This document shows positions 1 through 10,715 of a DNA stretch of 64,000 nucleotides, piece by piece (within the stretch, counting starts at the first letter, position 1; each line of letters begins with the position of its first letter). Both the position numbers and the translations under genes were made by a program. The stretch is from NCBI GenBank assembly GCA_907165135.1, contig OU015568.1, forward strand, positions 10,354,001 to 10,418,000. The letters run 5' to 3'. Source of the stretch: Oikopleura dioica. Lineage: Eukaryota > Animalia > Chordata. The notes beneath the pieces were generated by a model that made no database searches, had not been told where the DNA came from, and worked only from the letters and a program-made list of their open reading frames with translations.

Positions 1-261
1 GAGATCAACCCTATTATCAGGCAAAGTTCGAATAATGCAATCAAAAAAATTCCTGTAGAATGCGCTTATGAACTTATCGAGGCTGCGTACTTAGAACAAC
101 AATGCCTTGCCGACAGGAATCGAAAGCAAAAATGGAACCACCGAGGGACCATTCTACCGTCGCCAACTGTTCGACCTCCATCCTCGATGAGATATAATTC
201 CGAGATTTATGGGGATACGAAAGTTATTTCAAATTGTACTGATGAGTTACCAGCTCAGTAA
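1..261 (+). CDS. 3' fragment of an unidentified gene (open frame from window edge)
   Basis: Frame 1 is open from base 1 to TAA at 259-261 (EINPIIRQ...DELPAQ). A GTAAGT donor at 258 may extend it. No family recognised. Confidence 0.35.
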   Translation, partial: EINPIIRQSSNNAIKKIPVECAYELIEAAYLEQQCLADRNRKQKWNHRGTILPSPTVRPPSSMRYNSEIYGDTKVISNCTDELPAQ

Positions 262-539
262 GTTTTTGATCAACGATTTGACGATTCAACAGTTATCGAC
301 ACATTTAGAAAAAGTAAGTTCAAATGAATAATTCCAAATATTGAATACCTTCTTAGTAAGAATCTAAGATTCTTTTAACATTTAAGTTATTTTTAACATA
401 GAATTGTTGAAAATGAACATTGTTGAAAAAAAGAATGTTGCTGAAATTTTCCCGGTCCTGACTCACTAAAAATAGATTTCGCGGGTTTTTAGTGATTATT
501 TGTTGATTTAGTTGATTTTAGTTTTATTTTTTTAGTTGA

Positions 540-718
540 TTTTGCGCGGGAAAAAGCGGGCTGACGTTTCTGGAGGGCGGGATGCGCGGGCGGCGCGTAG
601 TCAAACAGTGGGCGGTAGTGGGTGTCTGGTTGCGGCCGAGCGAGGGTGCGCTCTGGGAGGGCCGCCCCGATTTCATTTGTTGGCCACTTCGGCGAATAGG
701 AGGGAATCTCGAGAAAAT
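540..718 (+). promoter_or_regulatory. GC-rich promoter / first exon region of NFYA
   Basis: Abrupt GC/CpG-rich island with a GGGCGG box near 609, inside AT-rich flanks, ending at the GTAAGC donor at 719. Confidence 0.5.
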
Positions 719-2713
719 GTAAGCCAGACGAGAGGAACGATTGGAAGACAACGACCAATCATACTCTCACCGGAACACGATTAGTCGAGCCACGACCCAG
801 TCAGTAGCCGATCTGCAAGTGATCGGACTTACTACGACTCCCTTAGACACCTTAGACTTGACCCGAGTCACTTTTCCTTTTTTTCCAGAGCGAAAATCGA
901 ATCATTTTGAGAGACTAAGTAAGAAGACGATCTTTCTTTCGACTCGATCAATTATCAATTACTATTATCGCTCAGTTTCTTTTTCATTTAAAATATTTCT
1001 CGTTTATCATTTACGGCTCTAAAATCTTAACTCGTCCTCAGTCTAACCCTTCTTTCTCAGGTCAGAAAGCAACACACAGCAATATGCAACAGTACAAGGG
1101 CAGCCCCTACAGTTGGTCACCCTGGGTGCCAACAACATCGTCGGCAACTCCGGTCAACAGGTAAATAATCACCAATTTAAATTTATAGCTCTTTTGATTG
1201 AGAAGCGGAAAATTGATTTTTTTTCTTCGTCTGAGTGTTGAGTTGTTGGAGAAAGCCGCTTTAGCTCGGGGCGCTTTTGTTTTATCAATTAGTTAACGAC
1301 CTTTTGTCAGCTCTGCACTGGGGCATATTCAATTCAATATTCTACTTTTCTCTCCATCTTTAGTCCTGCTAGCACTAGTGTCTCTATTGATTTTATGGCC
1401 CTGGTTCAGATTTAATCTCATCTACTACTAGCATCAATACTTTTCATTCTATTCATCGATTTTTGATTTTGAATCTTTTTAGATCCAACTTATTCAAACA
1501 GGAAACTCATTCAACGGCAATGGGCAGCAAATCATCACTCTTGGATCTGTTGGAAACGGCGAGCAAAAGGTGCGATTTGCACGATTCTGCAAACATTGCA
1601 TTGAGCAAATGTTTATTTCCTATTTCCCTGACTCATCTTCTTTGTTAAGCAGAGCGAGCAAGGCCAGCAACAAGGAGGATTGGTGATTCAAAATGCTGAT
1701 GGAAGCAGTCAGATCGTTCAACTGCTCTCGCCGTCTAATGCTGGACAGGGGGCCGTTATTGTAAGTATCTGTTTACGGAATAACCATTGATCGGCTTTGG
1801 CTAGATGATTCCCACGAGCATGGCTGGCGGTGGCGGCGCGCACGTCATCAAACAAGCGCCCGATCATGTCCCTGACGAAGAGCCACTCTACGTCAACGCC
1901 AAACAGGTATAAATCAATGCCTCATTAGATCTATACTTCTACCCCTCTTGAGGACTCTTGACCGCCATTTGCGGTCAATTTGAATGTCAACAAGACCCCG
2001 TTTTTTGCCTTTTGAAAATAGATGTTTAGTACAACCGAATTCTGAAAAGAAGAAAAGCTCGTGGAAAACTCGAGGCAGCGGGCCTCTTGCCAAAAGAGCG
2101 AAAGAAGTACTTGCACGAATCCCGACACAAGTACAAAGAATTAGTCCGAGCTGAATGACTAAATGAACTTGTTTAGACATGCAATGAACAGATGTCGTGG
2201 AGAGGGTGGCAGATTCCACTCGAATGTGCCACCGACCGAGGGCGAAAGTAACCAACAGGAGAATTACAACTCGACGGGAAGACCTCTTCGCCATCCGGAG
2301 GTAAGAAAATCGTCTTACAATCGACATTTTTCTCAACATGAAAACTAGGTGCCAATCGCCATGTCCACCCGCGCACCTCAGCAGCATGCGACCATTCTGA
2401 CGCAGTCAAATGACCAGGCAACGCAGGATGCAGCCCAAGAAGCGGCCCAGTACGCTACGGCCCTTTCCAACCTCCAGCCCGGTCAAATCATCCGAACCTC
2501 GTCCGGCCAGACGTTCCAGCTCGCTGACGCTTCCGCCATGGGCATGGTCGGCGCCAATGGGGCCTCGTTCGTCACGCTTCAGGTATTTTCAAAAAAACGT
2601 TTCGAATTTACATTTTTGTTTAGGAAGTGCCATCGACAAAGACCGAAGTAACGGTGAGCGATGGGCAAGAACTGGGCGTGGCGAGAACGGTCACGCTGTC
2701 CACAGCCGAGTAA
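717..2713 (+). CDS. NFYA: Nuclear transcription factor Y subunit alpha
   Basis: Exons 717-718 (AT), 1061-1160, 1483-1569, 1653-1760, 1805-1906, 2030-2130, 2177-2300, 2349-2582, 2624-2713. Q-rich N-terminus and HAP2/CBF-B core EEPLYVNAKQYNRILKRR...KKYLHESRHKHAMNRCRGEGGRF. Confidence 0.95.
740..759. promoter_or_regulatory. Pair of oppositely oriented CCAAT boxes in NFYA intron 1
   Basis: ATTGG at 740-744 and GACCAATCA (CCAAT 755-759). Confidence 0.45.
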
Positions 2714-3445
2714 TCTCTACAACGAGCCAATACTGATAAACTCCGAAATGATAAATTGATAAACTACGACTTTCATCACGGAGCTGAAAGTTGAGTCATC
2801 CCCATTTTGAAGGTTCATTTTTTTCAAATACGCGCAACTAAAGCTTCCCGCCTATCTAACAAAATCAATTATTGACAAAGTAAAAATATTCAAACAAAAC
2901 TCATACTCAAGTTACCATTATTCTTTTTCATTGCACGACAGCAATACTTCTCCCCGAAAAAAAACGCTTTCTAAGCCGAGACCTTGACTCATCTCAGACA
3001 AAAATGCACACCCCAAATACAATTTTTGCTCCAAAGATGTTTTCTCTCTCCTTCAGTTTGGATTACCCGTTATTTTAACCGTCAAATCTAAGAGATTTTT
3101 CCCCGTTTCATCAATGACCGCCCATATGTTCGATAACCCCTGTTGCTTTTCCTTTTTTACCCTCGTGTTTTCATCTCCAGCAATTCTGTACCAAACATTA
3201 TTCAGCAGCGACGGTTAAATCTTGATCGTGATCCATTTGTTCATAACTGCCATGTTCATTGAGAACATATTCTCAAAACCAATAAAATGTACAATGAAAA
3301 TTCAGCCTTTTGCCTCTTTCTTATCGAAACGCATTCGACTTAGATTCCAGGTTTTTTTTTGTTGAAAGACTTGAGAAAAGATGATGGAATAAAATACTGC
3401 ACCAAAGTGATAGTCTGAGCGAAACTGAGAAAGGCCATTTTTAGA

Positions 3446-4200
3446 ATGAATAATCTTGAATTTGGATCAGAAAATGTCGAAAAGAAGGGTCACCCTGGAG
3501 TTGTCGTGGCCCATCTCGGCTTCCGTATCTCTGCTCTCTTTATTTACATGTTCGGAGGGGTGAGTAAATCCTCAATCGATCCTTTTTTATTGGTGAAATT
3601 AAAGATCTTCTCCATGTCATTTGTAACTTCTTTTGTCTTCATTCTCCTCTGTCTGGCGATGGACTTTTGGACAGTAAAGGTTCGTTGAATTGTTTGAATT
3701 CTTTGCTGATGATTGTTGGTAGAATGTAACTGGAAGATTTCTCGTCGGTCTGAGATGGAGAAACAACATCGATCCAGCGACAGGACAATCCTCCTGGGTC
3801 TACGAATCAAGATCGGAAGAAGGCTTCAAACGAAAGCCAGTTTTGCCGAATGAATTTCGAGCTTTTTGGGGAGCACTCATTCTTTGCCCTCTTCTGTGGG
3901 CACTTTTCGGCCTCAGTGCTCTTTTCACTCTCAAGGTTCGCTTGTTTGGCGATTTTTTCTTATAAAACTTTGATTCTAGTTCCCTTCGTTCATTGTTTGC
4001 TTGACTGGTTTTGGATTCAACAGCGCTAATCTTTACGGATACATTCGATGCAAGATCGGAGGATTTGATGCTGTCAAGAACTACGCCAATAATCTTCTCG
4101 GCAAGCAAATGCTCTCTCGGTAATATCTTGTCGATGCTCTATTTTAAAGGATTTTAGGTTCATGTCTTCCGCTCCTTCAGCACCAGCCCAATCTGCCTAA
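3446..4200 (+). CDS. TVP23: Golgi apparatus membrane protein TVP23/FAM18 homolog
   Basis: Five exons giving HPGVVVAHLGFR...DFWTVKNVTGRFLVGLRW...WVYES...FWGAL...NLYGYIRCK, with canonical 40-50 nt introns. Confidence 0.93.
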
Positions 4201-4377
4201 AACCGTTCCAACGGGGAGAGATTCATTTCTTTCTTTTTTAGAATTTCCTTATTTTTATTTACATAATAACCACCAAGTTTCTGTATTCAAAACTTCTTTC
4301 CGACTCTTTCTCGCGTGCAATAAACTATATATAAGTACACTTCATTGATGACTTTCATTAAGAGGCGAATTCTAAAA

Positions 4378-4731
4378 ATGGAATTGACAAGGGACAACGT
4401 AAGAAATATCCTCTCAGAGACGTTGAAATTGCTCTCGACGCCAGAGTACCAAACGCAGTTAGAAAAAAGTAGACCAACGGCGCAGAATGATGCTGTTACG
4501 CTGCTCCAAATTGTAGGATCTTATATGAAAAATGATCAATCAGTAATTCAATTCCAGACCTTGCCAATAATTTCCCGCGCGCAGCAACAGGCGCTGAGTG
4601 CGAGTGGCCTTCCCGGTCAACAAGCGATCCTCGACTTCAACCTCAAAGTGCGCCAGTACGAACAACAAGATCCCCAGATTGGCCAAATGTCCTCCGAAAT
4701 TCGCTCCTACATTCTTCCCGCTCTTCAATGA
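4378..4731 (+). CDS. C12orf57: Protein C10 (C12orf57/Grcc10) homolog
   Basis: After removing a 45-nt GT-AG intron (4513-4557): ...NDAVTLLQITLPIISRAQQQAL...KVRQYEQQDPQIGQMSSEIRSYILP, matching the C10 family pattern (ND...LP...Q...YE.QDPEI...LP). Confidence 0.8.
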   Translation: MELTRDNVRNILSETLKLLSTPEYQTQLEKSRPTAQNDAVTLLQIVGSYMKNDQSVIQFQTLPIISRAQQQALSASGLPGQQAILDFNLKVRQYEQQDPQIGQMSSEIRSYILPALQ

Positions 4732-4862
4732 ACATCTTTTTCCTATCATCATTTATTCTATATTTCCTGTCTACCGTTTCTTTACGTTCGTTGCTTCTGT
4801 ACTAATGCCTATCACCAGCTTGATTCATAAAATCTGAAATAAATGTATTCACTCTCAGAAAG

Positions 4863-6656
4863 ATGTCGTTTTCGGAGCTAGGAATATCGAAATGGCTTCT
4901 AAAAACGCTCGATGATTGTAAAATTACATCACCAACAGAAGTCCAGAAAGCCTGTATAAAGCCAACTTTGGAAGGTACATTAATAATCCAATTTGGATTC
5001 CCGCCAATTTTATTTAGAAATTCCTTATTTTTTTATTGAGGGATATTTTTTAGGGAGAGATATTCTCGCATGCTCAAAGACTGGCTCAGGAAAGACCGCT
5101 TCTTTCGCCCTTCCAATCTTAGAAAGGCTTGCTGAGGATCCTTATGGCGTTTTCGCCGTCGTTTTAACTCCAACGCGTGAGTTGGCCTCGCAGATCGCCG
5201 ATCAGTTTAAATTATTTGGAACGAATATGAATGTCAGAGTTGAGCTCGTCACAGGAGGAATGGATCAGAATAGACAGACTCTTTTGCTCTCAGAAAAGCC
5301 ACATGTCATCGTCGCTACGCCAGGCCGACTAGCGGAGCTTTTATCCAGGTTGAAGTTATTTTTTTTCATAGTTCTGAAACCCAATATTTAGTACGGATCT
5401 AAGGCTGAACAAGGTGAAATTCTTCGTATTGGACGAAGCGGATAGATTATTGGACAGAGAAGATGGAGATTTCGGAGATGATCTGGCGAAAATAGTCGAA
5501 AAACTTCCGGCAAAACGACAGACTCTTATGTATTCGGCGACGCTTTCTGAAACGATTCAAGAAGCAAGAGCGCAGGGTAAGCGAATAACACCCGTTCTGA
5601 TAAGAAAAATATTTCGATAGCAAGCAAAGAGCCATTTTTCTGGCAGGCAGAAGAACTTGACAATCATGTGGATTCAAACGTCGTCGTGATGCCTGAAACG
5701 CTCGAGCAGAAATACGTTCTCGTTCCAGAAGACATCCGAGATCCGTATCTCGTCCACATGGTCAAATTTCTTCTGGAAGAAAAAATGGACGGGAACGAGC
5801 AACTGATTATTTTCTCAAAAACCTGCAAAAGCGTTCAAGTTCTTGGAATGATGCTGCAAAAGATAGGAGCGCGAGCGGTCGTGCTGCATTCTATTTTGAA
5901 ACAGAGTCAACGATTCTCAGCTTTGGAACAGTTTAAAAGTTCGAAAGCGAGAGTTTTGGTTGCCACTGATGTTGCATCGAGAGGATTGGATTTACCACAT
6001 GTTTCAATTGTTATTAATCATAATGTTCCAGGTAAAAATGCTTACATAAAAACTCTCAATGCTCCCATAAAAGATTTATTTTTCAAAAGTGATGTGCATA
6101 TTTTATGTAGGAACGAATTTCGAGCAGCATTTATATGAAAAGGCAATATGATTCAATTGTCTAGCATTAAATCGATTTTCTTAGAATCTGATGATCTAAG
6201 TTAGATCTCATCTGCTTTTAGGCGCACCGAGAAATTATGTCCATCGTGTTGGTAGAACAGCTCGAGCGGGAAAGAAGGGAACATCAATAACAATGATGTC
6301 CCCTTACGACACGGAGCGGGTAAAAGAAATAGAAAAAATGGTCGATTGCAAGATGACAGAATACCCACTGGAAGAAGATAAGATTGTAAAAATTCTAGTA
6401 AGGGATATCACGCCGTAAGACAGGTTGCGATTATATAATTTAGACACAAGTGCAAGTCATGAAGCGCGAGGCAGAACTTCAACTTGAAAAGAATAAATTT
6501 GGCGAAAAGCGCCGAATCAACAGAATGAAAGATGAAAAATTGCAGGAAAAAATCGAGATCGCGAAAAAGAGACGTTACGAGGCTAAGAGACTGAAAAGGG
6601 AGGAAGCGCTGAAAAAGAAGGCGAAGAAGATTGCGAAAAACACAGAGAAAAGCTGA
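4863..6656 (+). CDS. DDX49: DEAD-box RNA helicase DDX49/DBP8
   Basis: Motifs SKTGSGKT, LAEDPYGVFAVVLTPTRELA, TPGRL, DEAD, SAT, DVASRGLD, YVHRVGRTARAG, with a lysine-rich tail. Confidence 0.93.
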
Positions 6657-6747
6657 CCGGCGATGAAATTTTTCAAGTGCTGATTTCTCGGAGCTTTTGT
6701 AAAGGATAAATTAAGCCTCGTAAAATAATTACTTTCTGTTTATTAGA

Positions 6748-7278
6748 ATGAATCGGATTAGATCGGGAAAACAGTTTCTTGGTTTTAGAAGAAACCATCA
6801 ATATCCTTCGTTCGCCCAAATAGAAATCGGTAATAAATTAAACGCCTTAAGATGAATATCATATAACTGAACCATCTCTAGAGTCTCAGAACAAAATAAA
6901 TGAAGTACGTTCGAAGTTTAGCACGGAAAAGTCACTGTATGAAGAAATGTCTGACAGTCTCAAGCCGGACGATAGTATCCTTCTTTCGGGAAATGACTAC
7001 AGACGAATTGTTCTGAACACAACCCATGTTTTCTTCTTCCTGATGGTTGTTACGATTATTTTTAAAGAAATGACCGAGCCTGGTATGACCTTAAATCTAA
7101 ATCGAGCAAAATGAATGCTTTAGGCGGCTATTGGCATCATTCGGAATCTCTCCGATGGATTCCATTTATGCAAAGGCAGTTCGAATGTGACGAAATTATC
7201 GATAAGGGGCTAGTCGAAAATCTGAAGCTGAAAATCCGACATTTCGACGATGGAGTCTTCGACAAGAAGAAATTATAA
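6748..7278 (+). CDS. Small single-pass membrane protein A, probably mitochondrial, unknown family
   Basis: Three exons. Arg-rich N-terminus MNRIRSGKQFLGFRRNH, one TM (VFFFLMVVTIIF), then KEMTEPGGYW. Confidence 0.7.
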
Positions 7279-7359
7279 TTGAACCTGACTTTTCGATGCG
7301 CCTTCTCTTTCCGAAAACCTCTCATTCAACAAAACTCATAATTTTTGTGCTTTCAAGAG

Positions 7360-7825
7360 ATGCTACGGCAGAGTCTATGCAGAAATTCATGGAGAAGAGT
7401 ATCAGATAAAAGCAAAACATCCGTCGTAAAGGTTTGTTTTTACCGGAATTTCTTTCAAAACCGATTTATAGAGCTACGAAGAAATCGAAAAAGAAACTCG
7501 CCTATCATTCCAGAACAAATTCAATATTTCGAGCAAAGCGTCTGATCTCAAAGCGGATTTGATCAACAACGAACAATGGTCAAAAAGTCGCGATATGAAA
7601 ATGGTCCCTCGTCAGCGTTTCGCTTATGCAATGGCATTAATGGGAACTGCATTCTTCATCATTCTCGTGAAAGAGGTCAATACAGTCGGCGGCTACTTCT
7701 ACAGAGACGAGGCTTTTCAAGGAATGGATAGCACTGTGCATACTTGGGAAGATCGAGAAGCAAGATATAAAATTGAAGATTACAAAAGAAAATTTCGCGA
7801 AATTGAAAACAAAAGCAACCGTTGA
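7360..7825 (+). CDS. Small single-pass membrane protein B, probably mitochondrial, likely paralog of A
   Basis: Two exons. Presequence-like MLRQSLCRNSWRRVS, one TM (FAYAMALMGTAFFIILV), then KEVNTVGGYF. Confidence 0.72.
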
Positions 7826-7858
7826 TTTTAGCTCGTTCTCGGAGTCATTTGCTTTAGA

Positions 7859-10457
7859 ATGTTGCGCAGAGGATTTGCGGCATCTCGACGATCAGCCGGA
7901 TCCCGGGCGCTGAACATCGTCTCGCGGTTCCGCACTCTTGGCGCGCCCAAGTGGGAGACTGTGCCTAAGCGATGCCTGTCTGTTACGACAACACGCATGC
8001 TCCCCGCGCACGAAGTCGTTGTTCTGCCTGCACTTTCGCCGACAATGGAAACTGGCACTATCAAACAATGGGAGGTTAGTTCTATCGTTTATTCCTAGTA
8101 TTGGTCAGAGATAAATGAGACATGTTTTCATCGCCGGATGTCGGAGGAATTGTAATCAGGAATAGTGTCGTTCAACTTGATTTCCTCGGTGTAGTCCTCT
8201 ATGATTTCAGTTTCTAAAGTATTCGCATTCATTATCTTTGAAAGAAAGATGACTTACCAGTCGAGTTTGATTCAGTGACAGTTTCCTCTCCAACTTCAGG
8301 AGTGCTGACTGATTTTTCTTCAGCTGGCTCTTCATCAGCTTTGAATATTTTAGAAGTCGTACTTGCTCGAGCCAATTCGTTAGCAACTGTCGTTTTTTCG
8401 GCAGTCGGCTCAGGTAATTTTCGAGCACATCCTTAAAATTTAATACAAGTGCTACTTGAACTTATGTTTTACCTTCTTTATGGAAGTTGTAAGAAAGAGA
8501 GATGACGCAGAAAACCGCCAAAAGCGCAATAATTCCACTTAGAAATTTAACTTTTCTCTCCATCTCTCGCTCTCTTTGAGATTCCCTGATCTGGCCGTTT
8601 ACTCTTCTTTGGCCCAGACCCGCTGCTATCGCCCCGACCAGCGCCATTGATAAGACTAAAGGCGACAAATTGTATTTTTAGGTGAATGAAGGAGGCGCCA
8701 TCGAAGAGGGCGACGTCCTGTGTGAAGTCGAGACTGATAAGGCCGTCGTTGCCTTTGAAGCTGTTGGTATCGAAGGATACCTCGCCAAGATTATCGCTCC
8801 AGACGGAACTAAGGACATCAAGGTCGGCGAGAACGTTTGCATTGTTGTTGAAAATGAAGAAGATGTTGCTGCTTTCAAGAACTGGACTCCCGGACAGGCT
8901 GCCTCCACCCCTCCACCAGCTGCTCCATCCGCCCCTGCTCCGACTCAGGCTGCTCCAGGTAAAATCGTCTAAAAGAAAACGCAGTTCTAAAAAAGTTTTT
9001 AGCTGCTAAGCCAGCAGGTAACTGGCCCAGCCACGAAGTTGTTGCTCTGCCTGCTCTTTCCCCCACTATGGAGAGTGGTACCCTTTCCTCTTGGGGAATC
9101 GCTGTTGGCGATGAAATCATCGAGGGCGAAACTGCCATCGCTGAAATCGAAACTGACAAGGCTGTTGTTACTTTTGAAGCTACCGGTATCGAGGGATTTG
9201 TTGCAAAGATTCTCCGAGCAGAAGGGGACAAAGATATCAAGCTCGGAGAACCACTCTTCGTGATCGTTGAAGAAAAAGAAGACGTCGCCAAATTCGCCGA
9301 TTTCACTATCGCCGACGCTTCAGGTGCTGGTGCTGCCCCAGCTGCCGCAGCTCCCGCTGCTGCTGCTCCGGCTGCTGCCGCTCCGGTTGCTGCCGCTGTA
9401 GCGACCACCGGTGCTGCCGTCGCCTCCGGTGATCGCGTTTTCATCTCCCCTCTCGCCAAGAAAATCGCTGGAGAACAAGGCATCGATGTTAATCAACTTG
9501 CTGGTAGCGGAACTGGACCCAGAGGCCGTGTAGTCGCTTCTGACGTCAAGAACTTCACTCCTGCCGCCGCACCTTCTGCTGCTGCCGCCGCTGCTCCAGT
9601 TGCTGCGGCTAGCGCTCCTGCGACTTCAGTTGCTTCCACCGGAGAATACACCGCGATCGACGTCACGTAAGAGCTCGTATTACTTACCGATTTTTAAATT
9701 TAATTTAGTAATATGCGACGAACTATCGCCAAGCGTCTTTCCGAATCCAAAAATACTATCCCACACTATTACCTTACCCGAGCAATCAACATGGACAACG
9801 TTCTTGCTCTCCGCAAAGAACTTAATGCTATTTCCGACTCCAAGATCTCCGTCAACGACTTTATCATCAAAGCAGCTTCTCTTGCATGTTTGAAGGTCCC
9901 AGAATGTAATAGTGCCTGGATGGGAAATAGTATTCGACAGTACAACGTTGTTGATATGTGTGTGGCCGTCGCTACACCAACTGGTTTAATGACTCCTATA
10001 GTTGTCGATGCTCATGCCAAGGTAGAACTGTAAGATACGTTAATGATGCTAACATTTTTATTAGGGCTTGTCTCAGATCTCATCAGATGTCAAGAACTTG
10101 GCAACAAAGGCCAAGGACGGCAAACTGCAGCCACATGAGTTCCAAGGCGGTACTTTTACGATTTCTAACCTTGGAATGATGGGCATCGATCATTTTACCG
10201 CTATTATTAATCCTCCTCAAGCGTGTATTCTTGGTAAATGTAGTTATTTCGAGTTAATTGTTATCGCTTTTATAGCCGTTGGTGCAAGCACGCAAAAAGT
10301 TATTGTTGACGATTCAACTGAAAAGGGCTTCCGAGCCACGACAGAAATGAAAGTCACCTTGTCTTCCGATCATAGAGTTGTTGACGGTGCTGTTGGCGCT
10401 CAATGGCTTAAGGCCTTTGCTGGATTCTTGGAACAGCCCATCACCATGCACCTGTAA
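7859..10457 (+). CDS. DLAT: Pyruvate dehydrogenase E2 (dihydrolipoamide acetyltransferase)
   Basis: Mitochondrial presequence, two lipoyl domains ([10 protein letters not shown]...ETDKA), Ala/Pro linkers, E3/E1-binding domain (ISPLAKKIA...GTGPRGRV), and catalytic domain with GTFTISNLG and DHRVVDG. Confidence 0.97.
8128..8563 (-). CDS. Nested antisense gene in DLAT intron 1: small type II membrane or secreted acidic glycoprotein
   Basis: Exons 8563-8473, 8431-8258, 8213-8128, joined in frame by 41- and 44-nt GT-AG introns (116 aa). [24 protein letters not shown]-rich tail with three N-x-S/T sequons. An alternative in-frame ATG lies at 8647. Confidence 0.75.
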
Positions 10458-10715
10458 CTAAAGTACAGCTCATTTAACCTGTTCAAATATTCCATAAGTT
10501 CAAGTAAAGACCCGAAAACCAAAGGACGTGTTATCTTCAATACGTAGTTCAATTTTTGCCTTTTTGCAATGTTCGTAAATGTCTTGCAAACTCCTCTTCA
10601 TTATTTATTAAACGAGACCAACATGTGATGTTCTCTTGCAACCAAAAATCAATTTTTATCAAAACTTTTTTTTTGCTAATCCGAAGAATTAGAAAGTAGT
10701 CGGCTTGAAATCGAA

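Noticed and set aside
8678-9670. Long antisense ORFs over DLAT (also over ALDH2, the BEN exons and KARS)
   Set aside because: Shadow ORFs caused by biased codon usage on the coding strand.
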